Source of the DNA: Deferrisomatales bacterium
Lineage (GTDB): Bacteria > Desulfobacterota > Deferrisomatia > Deferrisomatales > JACRMM01
NCBI GenBank assembly: GCA_033551855.1
Contig: JAWSUI010000002.1
Location: 32,001 to 96,000 of the forward strand
Length of the DNA stretch: 64,000 bases
Reading direction: 5' to 3'
The stretch's first letter is position 1, and each line of letters opens with the position of its first letter. The notes under the pieces were generated by a model. It had not been told where the DNA came from and did not search any database. It was given only the letters and a program-made list of their open reading frames with translations. Both the position numbers and the translations under genes were made by a program. Below, one piece after another: positions 46,050 to 55,327 of the stretch.

Positions 46050-48716
46050 ATGACACGCGAAACAGCAGCCGGCCCGGCCCCCGGTGTCCACGCCAAGCGG
46101 ACGCCCATGATGCGCCAGTACCTGGACCTCAAACAGGAGCATCCCGGCTGCATCCTCCTGTTCCGCCTGGGGGACTTCTACGAGATGTTCTTCGAGGACG
46201 CGGAGGTGGCGTCGCGCGTTCTGGAGATCACCTTGACCAGTCGAGACAAGGGGGACGGGGCGGTGCCCATGTGCGGGGTTCCCTGGCACGCGGCCCGCGG
46301 CTACATCGGCAAGCTCGTGGAGAGCGGGTACAAGGTGGCCGTGTGCGATCAGGTGGAGGACCCCCGGCAGGCCAAGGGGCTGGTCCGCCGCGAGGTGGTC
46401 CAGGTGATCACCCCCGGCCTCGTGACCGACACCGAGCTCATCGAGGCGAAGCGCGCCCAATACCTGTTGGCGCTCCACGCCGGCCGGCGGTCGGTGGGGT
46501 TTGCGTACGCCGACGTTACCACGGGGGAGTTCCGGGTGGGGGAGGTCTCGGACTGGGGAGCGGCCGCGGACGAGTTGGCCCGGGTGGAACCGAAAGAGGT
46601 CCTCGTCGCCGAGGGGCACGAGCAGGAGTTGCCCAGGGATCTCCTCCCCTCCGGCCTCGCGGCCACGGCCGTCCCGGCCCAGGGCTTCGAGGCCCGGCGC
46701 GCGCGCCGGGCGCTGCTGGCGCACCTGGGGGTGGGGGACCTGGCGGGGTACGGTGTCGATGACCTGGGGGAGGGTCTCAGGGCGGCGGGGGCGGTGCTCG
46801 CGTACGTCGAGGCCCATTACAAGGGAGGGCTCGCCACCCTGCGCGGCCTGACGCGCCACCGCAGCGGAGGCGCACTCGTCCTGGACGAGCCCACCAAACG
46901 CAATCTCGAACTCTTCCGGACCCTGTCGGGCGACCGCAGGGAAGGCTCGCTCCTCCATCTGCTCGACCGGACCCGCACCGCCATGGGGGGCCGCTGCCTC
47001 CGGGAGTGGCTCGCCTTTCCCCTCGTGGACCCGGTCGCCATCGATGGGCGTCTGGATGCCGTGGGCGAGCTCGCGCGGCGGGGCGAGACCCGCCGCCGCC
47101 TCCGCGATGGTTTGCGGGCTGTGCATGACGTGGCTCGGCTCGGGGGCAAGGCGGCCATGGGCACCGCCAATGCCCGAGACCTGGTGGCCCTGCGCCGGTC
47201 CCTTCAGGCGATTCCGGCCCTGGTCTCGGTTCTGGAGGGGACGGAGTCGTGCCTGCTCGCGGAGGTCGCTGGGGGGCTCGACCCGGTGCCCGAGGTCGCT
47301 AGGCTCCTGGAGCGGGCCCTGGCCGACGATCCGCCCGTGGTGCTGACCGAGGGCGGGCTCCTTCGCGACGGCCACCACCCCGAGGTCGATGAGCTGCGGG
47401 CCATCCAGCGAGACGGGCGGGGCTGGATCGCCCGGCTCCAGGCGAGGGAGAGGGCGCGCACGGGCATCGCGTCCCTCAAGGTCGGGTTCAACAAGGTCTT
47501 CGGGTACTTCCTGGAGGTCACCCGGGCGAATCTGGGCTCGGTTCCGGCGGACTACGAGCGGCGCCAGACCCTGGCGAACGCCGAGCGCTTCGTGACCCCG
47601 GAGCTCAAGGAGATGGAGGCCAAGGTGCTTGGCGCCGAGGACCGGGCCAGGGCGCTGGAGTACGAGGCCTTCCTGGGGCTGCGCCGGACCGTGGCCGGCC
47701 ACCTCGACCGACTCCAGGCGACGGCCCATGCCCTGGCAGCCCTGGACGTGCTGGCCGGCCTGGCGGATCTGGCGGTCGAGGGGGGCTACGTGCGGCCCCG
47801 GCTCCAGCCCGAAATGGCCATCGAGATCCGGGGAGGCCGACATCCGGTGGTGGAGAGCCTGACCGAGGAGCGGTTCGTCCCGAACGACGTGTGCCTCGAC
47901 GAGGACGCCCGGCTGCTGATCGTGACCGGACCCAACATGGCCGGCAAGTCCACGATCCTGCGGCAGACCGCCCTCATCGTCCTCTTGGCGCAGATGGGCT
48001 CCTTCGTCCCGGCGGAGAGCGCCCGGCTCGGCGTCGTGGACCGGGTCTTCACCCGGGTGGGAGCATCGGACGACTTGGCCCGGGGCCGCTCGACCTTCAT
48101 GGTGGAGATGACCGAGACGGCGAACATTCTTCGCCACGCCACGGCCCGGAGCCTCGTGGTGCTCGACGAGATCGGTCGAGGCACGTCGACCTTCGATGGT
48201 CTGTCCATCGCCTGGGCGGTGGCGGAGCACCTCCACGACCTGGCGGCCCCCACGCTCTTTGCCACCCATTACCACGAGCTCACCGACCTCGCGCGGACGC
48301 TGAAGGGCGTGGCCAATTTCAACGTCGCCGTCAAGGAGTGGGGTGGGCAGGTCATCTTCTTGCGGCGTTTGGTGGAAGGGGGCGCCAGCCGCTCCTACGG
48401 CATTCAGGTGGCGCGCCTCGCGGGGGTTCCGGACCGGGTCCTCCGCAGGGCCCGGGAGGTGCTCGGAAATCTGGAGGCCGGCGAGCTCGACGAGACGGGC
48501 CAGCCCCGGTTCGCCCTCTCCGCGAGGGTTCCGCCCCAGCCCGGGGGGCGCCAGTTGCAGCTCTTTGCCGGGGCGCTCGAGCGGAAGCGGGATGCCCTGG
48601 TGCGGGAGCTGGCGGACCAGGCCGTGGAGCATCTCACCCCCGTGGAGGCTCTGGTGCTGCTGCAGGAGTTGCGGGATCGGGCGCGCGCCCTGCGCGCCGA
48701 AGGGGAGCGGCGATGA
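46050..48716 (+). CDS. mutS: DNA mismatch repair protein MutS
   Basis: TPMMRQY; GDFYEMF; TGPNMAGKST; DEIGRGTST; ATHYHEL. Confidence 0.97.
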   Translation: MTRETAAGPAPGVHAKRTPMMRQYLDLKQEHPGCILLFRLGDFYEMFFEDAEVASRVLEITLTSRDKGDGAVPMCGVPWHAARGYIGKLVESGYKVAVCDQVEDPRQAKGLVRREVVQVITPGLVTDTELIEAKRAQYLLALHAGRRSVGFAYADVTTGEFRVGEVSDWGAAADELARVEPKEVLVAEGHEQELPRDLLPSGLAATAVPAQGFEARRARRALLAHLGVGDLAGYGVDDLGEGLRAAGAVLAYVEAHYKGGLATLRGLTRHRSGGALVLDEPTKRNLELFRTLSGDRREGSLLHLLDRTRTAMGGRCLREWLAFPLVDPVAIDGRLDAVGELARRGETRRRLRDGLRAVHDVARLGGKAAMGTANARDLVALRRSLQAIPALVSVLEGTESCLLAEVAGGLDPVPEVARLLERALADDPPVVLTEGGLLRDGHHPEVDELRAIQRDGRGWIARLQARERARTGIASLKVGFNKVFGYFLEVTRANLGSVPADYERRQTLANAERFVTPELKEMEAKVLGAEDRARALEYEAFLGLRRTVAGHLDRLQATAHALAALDVLAGLADLAVEGGYVRPRLQPEMAIEIRGGRHPVVESLTEERFVPNDVCLDEDARLLIVTGPNMAGKSTILRQTALIVLLAQMGSFVPAESARLGVVDRVFTRVGASDDLARGRSTFMVEMTETANILRHATARSLVVLDEIGRGTSTFDGLSIAWAVAEHLHDLAAPTLFATHYHELTDLARTLKGVANFNVAVKEWGGQVIFLRRLVEGGASRSYGIQVARLAGVPDRVLRRAREVLGNLEAGELDETGQPRFALSARVPPQPGGRQLQLFAGALERKRDALVRELADQAVEHLTPVEALVLLQELRDRARALRAEGERR

Positions 48717-50344
48717 AGATTCTGGTGCTGGCGGCGTTCCTGTCCGTGCCCGGCATCGCCTGGTCGGGCTTCGGGGAGGCGGCTCCCCACGCCCTTCGGG
48801 CCTACCTGGCGGAGAGGTCCGGGGAGCCGGAGGAGGCGCTCGCCGCCCTGCTCCAGGCGCTGGGGGCCGATCCCGAGTCTGCGATACTGCGCTTGGAGGC
48901 GGCCCGTCTGTACCTGACCCAACGCCGTTTCCAGGAGGCGCTGGAGATCGTCGAGCGCGGCGGCGAGCTGCGTCCGGGGGAACCCCGTCTCCTGGTTCTC
49001 AAGGCCCGCATCCTCGAGGTCTTGGGACGGGTCGAGGAGGCCGTGGCGGCCGCACGGGAGGCGGGCCGAACCGCCGAGAGCGACGAGGCGAGTGCCCTGG
49101 CGGTGAGGCTCCTGGAAGGGCTCGGGCGCGGGGACGAGGCGTTGGGGGATGCCCGGCAGTGGGCGGAGTCCTCCCCTCGAAGCGCCGACGCCCGGTTCAC
49201 CCTCGGGAGGATGCTCCTGGGACGCGGGGAGCTTGAAGCGGCGCGGCAGGCCCTGACCCGGGCCTTGGCGCTGGACCCGAATCACCGGGGGAGCTTGCGG
49301 GCCCTCGCCCGGCTGGAGGAGGAGGAGGGCAACCTCGTCTCCGCGGAGGCGCTCTACCGGCGGGTAGTGGCTGCGAATCCGCACGACCTGGAGGCGCGCT
49401 ACCGGTTGGGGCACACCCTCCTCGTCCAAGGTAGGATGGATGAGGCGTTGACGATCTTCGAGGCGGCGGAGCGCTGGAGCGGGGGAGACCCGAGTGTCCG
49501 TTTCCGCCTCGGCGTGCTCCTCCTCCAGGCCGAGAGGGCGGGTGAGGCCGAGGCGGTATTCCGGACCATGGCGGAGGCCTACGGTGAGGATTCCCGGGCC
49601 TGGTACCTGCTGGGTGTGAGCCTCCTCGCCCAGAAGAAGTACGAGGAGGCGGTGGGTGCTTTCGACCGGGTCCCCCCCGAGGCGCCGGAGCACTCGGATT
49701 CCCTGGTGCGCAAGGCCATCTCCCTCGACGGGCTGGAGCGGAAAGCGGATGCAAGGGCCCTGCTCGAGGCTTGGCTGCAGGATCATCCCGAGGACGAGGA
49801 GGTCACCCTGGCTCTGGCGGGTCTGTGGGAGGACGACGCGGAGTACCGGCGGGCGGCGGACATGCTGGAGGCCTATCTCCGGCTGCGGGAGACCGACAAC
49901 GCCCGGGTCTTCTTCACCCTGGGCGTGCTGTTCGACAAGCTGAAGGACTGGCAGCGCAGCGCCGAGTTCATGCGGCGATCCCTGCAGTTGCACCCGGACG
50001 ACCCCCACGCTCTCAACTACTTGGGGTACACGTACGCGGAGCAGGGAGTGCACCTGGAGGAAGCCGAGAGGCTGATCCTCCGGGCGCTCGAGCTCAAGCC
50101 TGGCGATGGCTACATCATCGACAGCCTGGGGTGGGTGTACTACAAGCAGGGCCGCTACGCGCAAGCCGTGGAGACCCTGCGACAAGCCGTGGAGGCGGCT
50201 CCGTCGGATCCCATCATCTGGGAGCACCTGGGGGATGCCCTGGCCGCTGCCGGTGAGCCGGAGAAGGCGGCAGAGGCCTACCGCCGCACCCTGGAGTTGG
50301 CGCCGGAGACCGAGTCCGCCCGGCGGAAGCTGGAGAGCCTGTGA
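48713..50344 (+). CDS. Exported TPR-repeat protein
   Basis: Signal peptide; repeated TPR motifs; ALNYLGYTYAE; DSLGWVYYK. Confidence 0.9.
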   Translation: MKILVLAAFLSVPGIAWSGFGEAAPHALRAYLAERSGEPEEALAALLQALGADPESAILRLEAARLYLTQRRFQEALEIVERGGELRPGEPRLLVLKARILEVLGRVEEAVAAAREAGRTAESDEASALAVRLLEGLGRGDEALGDARQWAESSPRSADARFTLGRMLLGRGELEAARQALTRALALDPNHRGSLRALARLEEEEGNLVSAEALYRRVVAANPHDLEARYRLGHTLLVQGRMDEALTIFEAAERWSGGDPSVRFRLGVLLLQAERAGEAEAVFRTMAEAYGEDSRAWYLLGVSLLAQKKYEEAVGAFDRVPPEAPEHSDSLVRKAISLDGLERKADARALLEAWLQDHPEDEEVTLALAGLWEDDAEYRRAADMLEAYLRLRETDNARVFFTLGVLFDKLKDWQRSAEFMRRSLQLHPDDPHALNYLGYTYAEQGVHLEEAERLILRALELKPGDGYIIDSLGWVYYKQGRYAQAVETLRQAVEAAPSDPIIWEHLGDALAAAGEPEKAAEAYRRTLELAPETESARRKLESL

Positions 50345-51159
50345 AGATTCCCCTGCGGTGCCTCCTTTGCGTGCTCCTCTTCCTCGGGGCGTGTGCGCCG
50401 AGGCCCGCGGTCAGGGAACCCGTGCGGACCCCGGCGGACCCGGCGCCTCTGGAGCAGAGCCTGCTGGCATACAACCGAGCCCCCGGGGCCGTCCGCCTGG
50501 AGGGGAGGCTGCGGATCGATGGCCTGGGGACCGCAGACTTTGGCGCCAGGGTCCGCAAGGGGGTGGGAATGCGGCTCGATGCGGTCGGCGGGCCGTTCTC
50601 CACGCCCGTCTTGTCCCTGGCCTGCCTGGCCGGGCCGAACGGCCTCTGCGAGGTGTATCTGCCGACCCGCCGCACCGCCTACCGGCAGGAGCCGGGCGCG
50701 GGGAGCGTCTGGCTCGAGGCCCTGCTTCGGGGCCGAGTGCACACTATCGGGACCCCGCAGGAGGCCTGGAACCTGTCGGACGGGCGGCGTCTCCTGGTCA
50801 TCCTCGGCGATGGGGGGTGGCGGCAGGAGGTCTTCTTCCTCGCCGGTTCCGACCTTCCCAGCCGAGTGGTCCTGATTCGAGACGGGGAGAGCCGACTGGA
50901 GATGACGTTCCGTGAGTTCACCGAGGTCGGGGGGCACCCGTTCCCGACCCGGGTGGCGCTGCGGACGCCGCAGGACGATGGGGGGTACGGATTCCACTTC
51001 CGGCGGGTCGTGGCCGATTCCGATCCCGCAGGCGACGCCTTCTCCCTGGTCTTGCCCCCGGGAACGGAGGTGGAGACCCTGAGCGGCGGTGCAGAGGACC
51101 CCCGGGTTCGGTTCCCTTTCTGGCTCCCGGCACCCCCTCCCCCATCGGACGGCTCGTGA
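50341..51159 (+). CDS. Lipoprotein, possibly LolB/DUF4292-like
   Basis: Lipobox FLGAC; follows the TPR gene with GTGA overlap. Confidence 0.6.
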   Translation: MKIPLRCLLCVLLFLGACAPRPAVREPVRTPADPAPLEQSLLAYNRAPGAVRLEGRLRIDGLGTADFGARVRKGVGMRLDAVGGPFSTPVLSLACLAGPNGLCEVYLPTRRTAYRQEPGAGSVWLEALLRGRVHTIGTPQEAWNLSDGRRLLVILGDGGWRQEVFFLAGSDLPSRVVLIRDGESRLEMTFREFTEVGGHPFPTRVALRTPQDDGGYGFHFRRVVADSDPAGDAFSLVLPPGTEVETLSGGAEDPRVRFPFWLPAPPPPSDGS

Positions 51160-51280
51160 GCGCATCCCTCGGCGCATCCCTTCGGCGGGCGGGGACAGGG
51201 CCGGTGAGGCCCGGCGGCCGTCGCTGGAACCCTCTCCCGGAGCGCCTGCGCGGGCACCCCGGGGGCGAGGCGGCGGGGTA

Positions 51281-52042
51281 ATGGTGCCGGAGCTCAAGGG
51301 GTTTCTGGAGCTTTCCTTCGTCGACTGGCCCGGCCGGGTGACGGCGGTGGTCTTCCTGCCTCGGTGCAATTTTCGCTGTCCTTACTGCCACAACCATCCC
51401 CTTGTGCTCGCCCCCGAGCAGGTGGCGACGGTTCCGCTCGAGGCCGTCCTTGCCCGCCTCGATGCCCTTCGCGGGTGGGTGGACGGCGTGTGCGTGACCG
51501 GGGGTGAGCCCACGCTGGAGCCGCGGCTGCCCGAGTTGCTGGCCGTGTTCCGGTCTCGGGGCCTGGGGGTGAAGCTCGACACCAACGGCTCCCGCCCGGC
51601 CGTCCTCGCGTCCCTCCTCGCCGGGGGGCTCCTGGAGTCGGTGGCCCTGGACGTGAAGGCGCCCCTGGAACCGATCCCCTACCGCCGCAACGCGGGGGCC
51701 GGTGCGGACCCGGCGCAGGTGGCGACGAGCCTCGAGCTCCTCGCCCGGGCGGAGATACCCCTGGAGGTCCGCACCACGGTGCACCCCTCCCTCCTGTCCC
51801 AGGAGGAGGTGCGCCGGCTCGCGGCCCAGGTGGGGGCGGCCTGCGCCGTGCGCCGAGGTCCCGCCGCGGAACCAGTGCGGTTCACCCTTCAGAGGTGCCG
51901 CGGGGAGGACCTCCTCGACGGGAGACTGAAGGCCTTGCCCCCCCTGCCCCCCGAGGTGTTCCAGGAGTGGGAGCGGGAGGCCCGGTTCGCCTTCACGGCG
52001 GCGCACCTTGACTTGCCGCCGGGCGGTGAGTACGATCTATAA
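51281..52042 (+). CDS. nrdG: Anaerobic ribonucleotide reductase activase-like radical SAM protein
   Basis: SFVDWPG; CNFRCPYCHN; TGGEPT; KLDTNGS; EVRTT. Confidence 0.85.
   Translation: MVPELKGFLELSFVDWPGRVTAVVFLPRCNFRCPYCHNHPLVLAPEQVATVPLEAVLARLDALRGWVDGVCVTGGEPTLEPRLPELLAVFRSRGLGVKLDTNGSRPAVLASLLAGGLLESVALDVKAPLEPIPYRRNAGAGADPAQVATSLELLARAEIPLEVRTTVHPSLLSQEEVRRLAAQVGAACAVRRGPAAEPVRFTLQRCRGEDLLDGRLKALPPLPPEVFQEWEREARFAFTAAHLDLPPGGEYDL
52008..52036 (+). promoter_or_regulatory. Putative sigma70 promoter within the nrdG 3' end
   Basis: TTGACT-N17-TACGAT. Confidence 0.6.
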
Positions 52043-52179
52043 CCTTTTCCGATCCGTTCCGGTTCCCCAGGGGCAGGGCCCTGGCGTCGGGGGCTTTTCC
52101 GAGGCGGCCGCGTGCCCTCCGGTGGGCGAGGAGCTCTCCTTCGGCGGGAGACAGACGCGGGCGAGAGTGCGAGGTGGGG

Positions 52180-53052
52180 ATGGTGAGGGTCGCCGCGATC
52201 CAGGTTGCCGCTTCCGGGGATCCTGAGCGCAACCTGCGCAAGGCTTCCCAGTACCTCGAGGTGGCTGCGGGGAGAGGGGTCGAGGTCGCCTGTCTGCCGG
52301 AGCTCTTCTGCCTGCCGTGGTTCCCGAGGGGTGCGGACGATGCCACGGCCCTGGCCCAGGCGGCGGAAGGTCCCTTGGCGACGGAGTTGGCGGCCCTCGC
52401 CGGCCGTCTGGGCCTCGCCGTGGTCTGCCCCTTCTACGAACGGGCCGCCGACGGGGTCTGCTACAATTCTGCTCTCCTGATCGACGCCAAGGGCGCGGCG
52501 GTGGGCCTCTACCGCAAGGCCCACGTCCCGCTGCTGCCGTACTGGGAGGAGAAGCGCCACTTCGCCCCGGGGGACCTCGGTTTCCCGGTCTTCCCCCTGG
52601 GGGGCCTGCAGGTCGGGATCCAACTCGGCTGGGACAACTTCTTTCCCGAGGGTTTCCGGTGTCTCGCGCTGGGGGGGGCCGGCCTGGTGTTCCTGCCGAC
52701 CGCCGCAGCGTTCGCCAGCCAGGAGCGGTGGCTGGCTCTCGCGGTGGGCCACGCGGTGGCGAACGGGGTGTACGTGGTCCGAGTGAACCGGGTGGGGAGC
52801 GAGGGGGGGCTGGACTTCTACGGCCAGAGTTTCGTGGTGCGGCCCGACGGGGAACTCGCCGTCGAACCCCTCGGCATGGGGGAAGGGATCCTGGTCGCGG
52901 AGTGTGACCCGGACGTGGTGGACCGCACCCGGAAGGTCTGGCCCTTTCTTCGGGATCGGCGCCCTCGGCAGTATGCGCGGGTGGCAGGCATCGAGTGGGG
53001 GCCGGGACTGCTTCCCCCGGCGGAGGATGGGCAGGCCGGGTTCCCCGCGTGA
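52180..53052 (+). CDS. Carbon-nitrogen hydrolase (nitrilase superfamily); catalytic Cys position reads Gly
   Basis: LPELF; YNSA; YRKAHVP; QLGWDNFFPE; NRVG; FYGQSF; RDRRP. Confidence 0.9.
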   Translation: MVRVAAIQVAASGDPERNLRKASQYLEVAAGRGVEVACLPELFCLPWFPRGADDATALAQAAEGPLATELAALAGRLGLAVVCPFYERAADGVCYNSALLIDAKGAAVGLYRKAHVPLLPYWEEKRHFAPGDLGFPVFPLGGLQVGIQLGWDNFFPEGFRCLALGGAGLVFLPTAAAFASQERWLALAVGHAVANGVYVVRVNRVGSEGGLDFYGQSFVVRPDGELAVEPLGMGEGILVAECDPDVVDRTRKVWPFLRDRRPRQYARVAGIEWGPGLLPPAEDGQAGFPA

Positions 53053-53132
53053 GGGATTGCCCGGAAGGCGCGGGACGGGACGAGCCGACGGATCGGTGGG
53101 CAGGGGGACGGGGTAAGGAGGCACGGGAAGCC

Positions 53133-53321
53133 ATGGGGTTGGACATCCGTACCCAGTGTGCCGTGTGTGCATGGCGGGAATCCTGTGCGAAGAAGTACAC
53201 GGTGAAGGAAGAATCCTTGCACTGTCCTGATTTCTCCCGGGACCAGGCTCTCCCGGCGGAGTCCGAGGAGCGGATCGTCCCTGCTCGTCACAAGCGGGTC
53301 GAGGACGTTTTCAGGTCCTGA
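53133..53321 (+). CDS. Small Cys-rich hypothetical protein
   Basis: TAAGGAGG RBS; CAVCAWRESCAKK...HCPDF. Confidence 0.75.
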   Translation: MGLDIRTQCAVCAWRESCAKKYTVKEESLHCPDFSRDQALPAESEERIVPARHKRVEDVFRS

Positions 53322-53458
53322 GCTCCTTGGAGGGATGATCGTCGGGCGGACACAGCCGGCATCCGGCGAGAGGCGCGGCAGGCGGACGGGGTTCTTGCGG
53401 TGGGCCAGGAGGGATGCGCGTCCTCCTGCCGAAGGAAACCCTTGCGTGGGAGCGGGAG

Positions 53459-54181
53459 ATGCGGGCCTACCGGAAAGTGGACGACCACTACGAGTTGAAG
53501 ATCGAGGGCGGGAGGATGGCGCTCCTGGGGTTGGGGGCCGCCCTGGTGCTCGTGCTGGTCTTCCTGGTGGGGGTCCTGGTGGGGAAGAACCTCTGGGGTG
53601 CGCGCAGGGCGGGGCCGGTGCCGTTGGCGGAGGCCCCTCGCGAGGCCGTCGGGCCGATCGAGGACTTGGCGGACAGGCGGCCCGACCTCTCGTTCTACGA
53701 GGACCTGAAGCGCCCCGATCGACCCGTGGAGGCGCCCTTTCCCCTGCCCCCGCCCCCGGCTCCCATGGAGGAGACACCCGTGCCGGGTCGTGCCGAGGCA
53801 GGCCCCGGGGCGGGGCTGGCGGACAGGGGAGAGGAGGTCCCCGCCCCTGCTCCTGCCCCTGTCGCAGCCCCTGCCCCGGCCCCAGCGCCTGCGCCTGCGC
53901 CAAGGCCCGCGGCCCCGGCGCAGGCCAAACCCCCCCCGCGGCTCCCTTCACCGGTCTTCACGGTCCAGGTGGGGTCCTTCCGAGACCGCGCGGCAGCAGA
54001 CGAGCTGGCCCGCCAGGTCTCTCGGCACGGCGTCAGGGCCCAGGTCGTCACGGCGGTGGTAGGAGATCGGACCTGGCACCGGGTCCAGGTGGGTCGTTTC
54101 GATACGAGGGTCCAGGCCGAGGCTCTCTACCGCGACACCCTGCGCCCGAAAGGAGTACAGGGCTTCGTCACGACCCGGTGA
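53459..54181 (+). CDS. SPOR-domain (FtsN/DedD-like) protein; alternative start 53414
   Basis: TM segment, LSFYEDL, Pro/Ala linker, FTVQVGSF...WHRVQVGRF. Confidence 0.9.
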   Translation: MRAYRKVDDHYELKIEGGRMALLGLGAALVLVLVFLVGVLVGKNLWGARRAGPVPLAEAPREAVGPIEDLADRRPDLSFYEDLKRPDRPVEAPFPLPPPPAPMEETPVPGRAEAGPGAGLADRGEEVPAPAPAPVAAPAPAPAPAPAPRPAAPAQAKPPPRLPSPVFTVQVGSFRDRAAADELARQVSRHGVRAQVVTAVVGDRTWHRVQVGRFDTRVQAEALYRDTLRPKGVQGFVTTR

Positions 54182-54223
54182 CGCCGAGGGGTGTCCACAG
54201 GGGGAAGAGAAGAGGAGAACTCC

Positions 54224-54688
54224 ATGTCCGGGAACAGCCCCCTCCTGTCCAGGATCGACCGGGAACTGGTGGCGTCGATGAAGGCGAGAACAGCGGCCCG
54301 CACTTCGGCGCTCCGCATGGCGCGGTCCGCTCTGCAGTACCGCGAGATCGACAAGCGGGCGCCCCTGGAAGACGCGGACGTGCTCCAAGTGCTCGGCACC
54401 CTGGTCAAACAGCGGCGGGAGGCCGCGGAGCAGTTCCGCGCCGGCAACCGACCGGAGTTGGCGGAGAAGGAGGAGGCGGAGCTTGCGGTGCTCCGTGAGT
54501 TCCTCCCCGCGGCGCTTTCCGAGCAGGAGCTTCGGAATCTCGTGGCCGAAGTGGTCCGTCAGGTCGGGGCCCAGGGCCTCTCGGATCTGGGGAAGGTCAT
54601 GGGAGTGCTCATGCCCGCTGTTCGGGGGCGCGCCGACGGCCGCGCGGTGAACGACGCGGTGCGCGCCGCCCTGGGGGCCGGACGCTGA
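54224..54688 (+). CDS. GatB/YqeY domain protein
   Basis: SMKAR...LRM; VKQRREAAEQF; GKVMG; GRADG. Confidence 0.93.
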   Translation: MSGNSPLLSRIDRELVASMKARTAARTSALRMARSALQYREIDKRAPLEDADVLQVLGTLVKQRREAAEQFRAGNRPELAEKEEAELAVLREFLPAALSEQELRNLVAEVVRQVGAQGLSDLGKVMGVLMPAVRGRADGRAVNDAVRAALGAGR

Positions 54689-55161
54689 ACACCCTCGACT
54701 GGGCTTTGGCGGTAGCCGTGGGGGCGATGGCTCTCCGAGGCAGCCTGCGGGGATTCTTTCGGGAGGCCTTCGGGCTGCTCGCACTCACGGTGGGCCTGGG
54801 GGCCTCTCTACTCGGGGGCGAAGCCCTGGGCCGGGAGTTGGGGTCTCGCTGGGATCTCGCTCCCGCGGTGGGCCGCACGGTCGCCCACGTGGGGCTGTTC
54901 CTCGGCCCCTATGCGGTGCTCCAGGCCCTCGGGTACGCCGCTTCGGGGCTCGGGCGCGCCGTTTTCCTGGGAGGCCTGGACCGGGTTGCCGGTGCGGTGT
55001 TCGGTGCGGCGGCGGCGTCCCTTCTGGCCGGGGCGGGACTCGGGCTGGTACTGCAGACGGGCTGGGGCGCGGAGTGGGGTGCCGCGTCGGTGCTGGCCAA
55101 GCCGCTCCAGGAGGCCTTCCAGCGGCTCCTGTTTTGGGCTGCGGGGTACGCGGCCGGATGA
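54685..55161 (+). CDS. CvpA-family membrane protein
   Basis: (L)NTLDW...RGFFREAFGL...LDRVAGAVFG; probable CTG start. Confidence 0.85.
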   Translation: MNTLDWALAVAVGAMALRGSLRGFFREAFGLLALTVGLGASLLGGEALGRELGSRWDLAPAVGRTVAHVGLFLGPYAVLQALGYAASGLGRAVFLGGLDRVAGAVFGAAAASLLAGAGLGLVLQTGWGAEWGAASVLAKPLQEAFQRLLFWAAGYAAG

Positions 55162-55327
55162 GGGCCTGCTGCCGGGCATCGAGAGGCCGGGCGGCAGGGT
55201 GCTCGGCGCACCGGAGGGGATTGCCCGGTGGATCGGCGCGGGCTGTGTCCGAGGGTCCGGGGGCCGCGCCTCGACCGGTCGCCGTGTCGCGGGACAGGTT
55301 CTGAGCCCAGGGCACGCCGGCGACCTC

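Noticed and set aside
52043..52179. Riboswitch in the ~140-nt leader of the C-N hydrolase
   Set aside because: No recognisable conserved motif (e.g. guanidine/ykkC) by eye; an Rfam scan would be needed
53840..53925. GCCCCT-type short tandem repeats
   Set aside because: Encode the ordinary Pro-Ala linker of the SPOR protein
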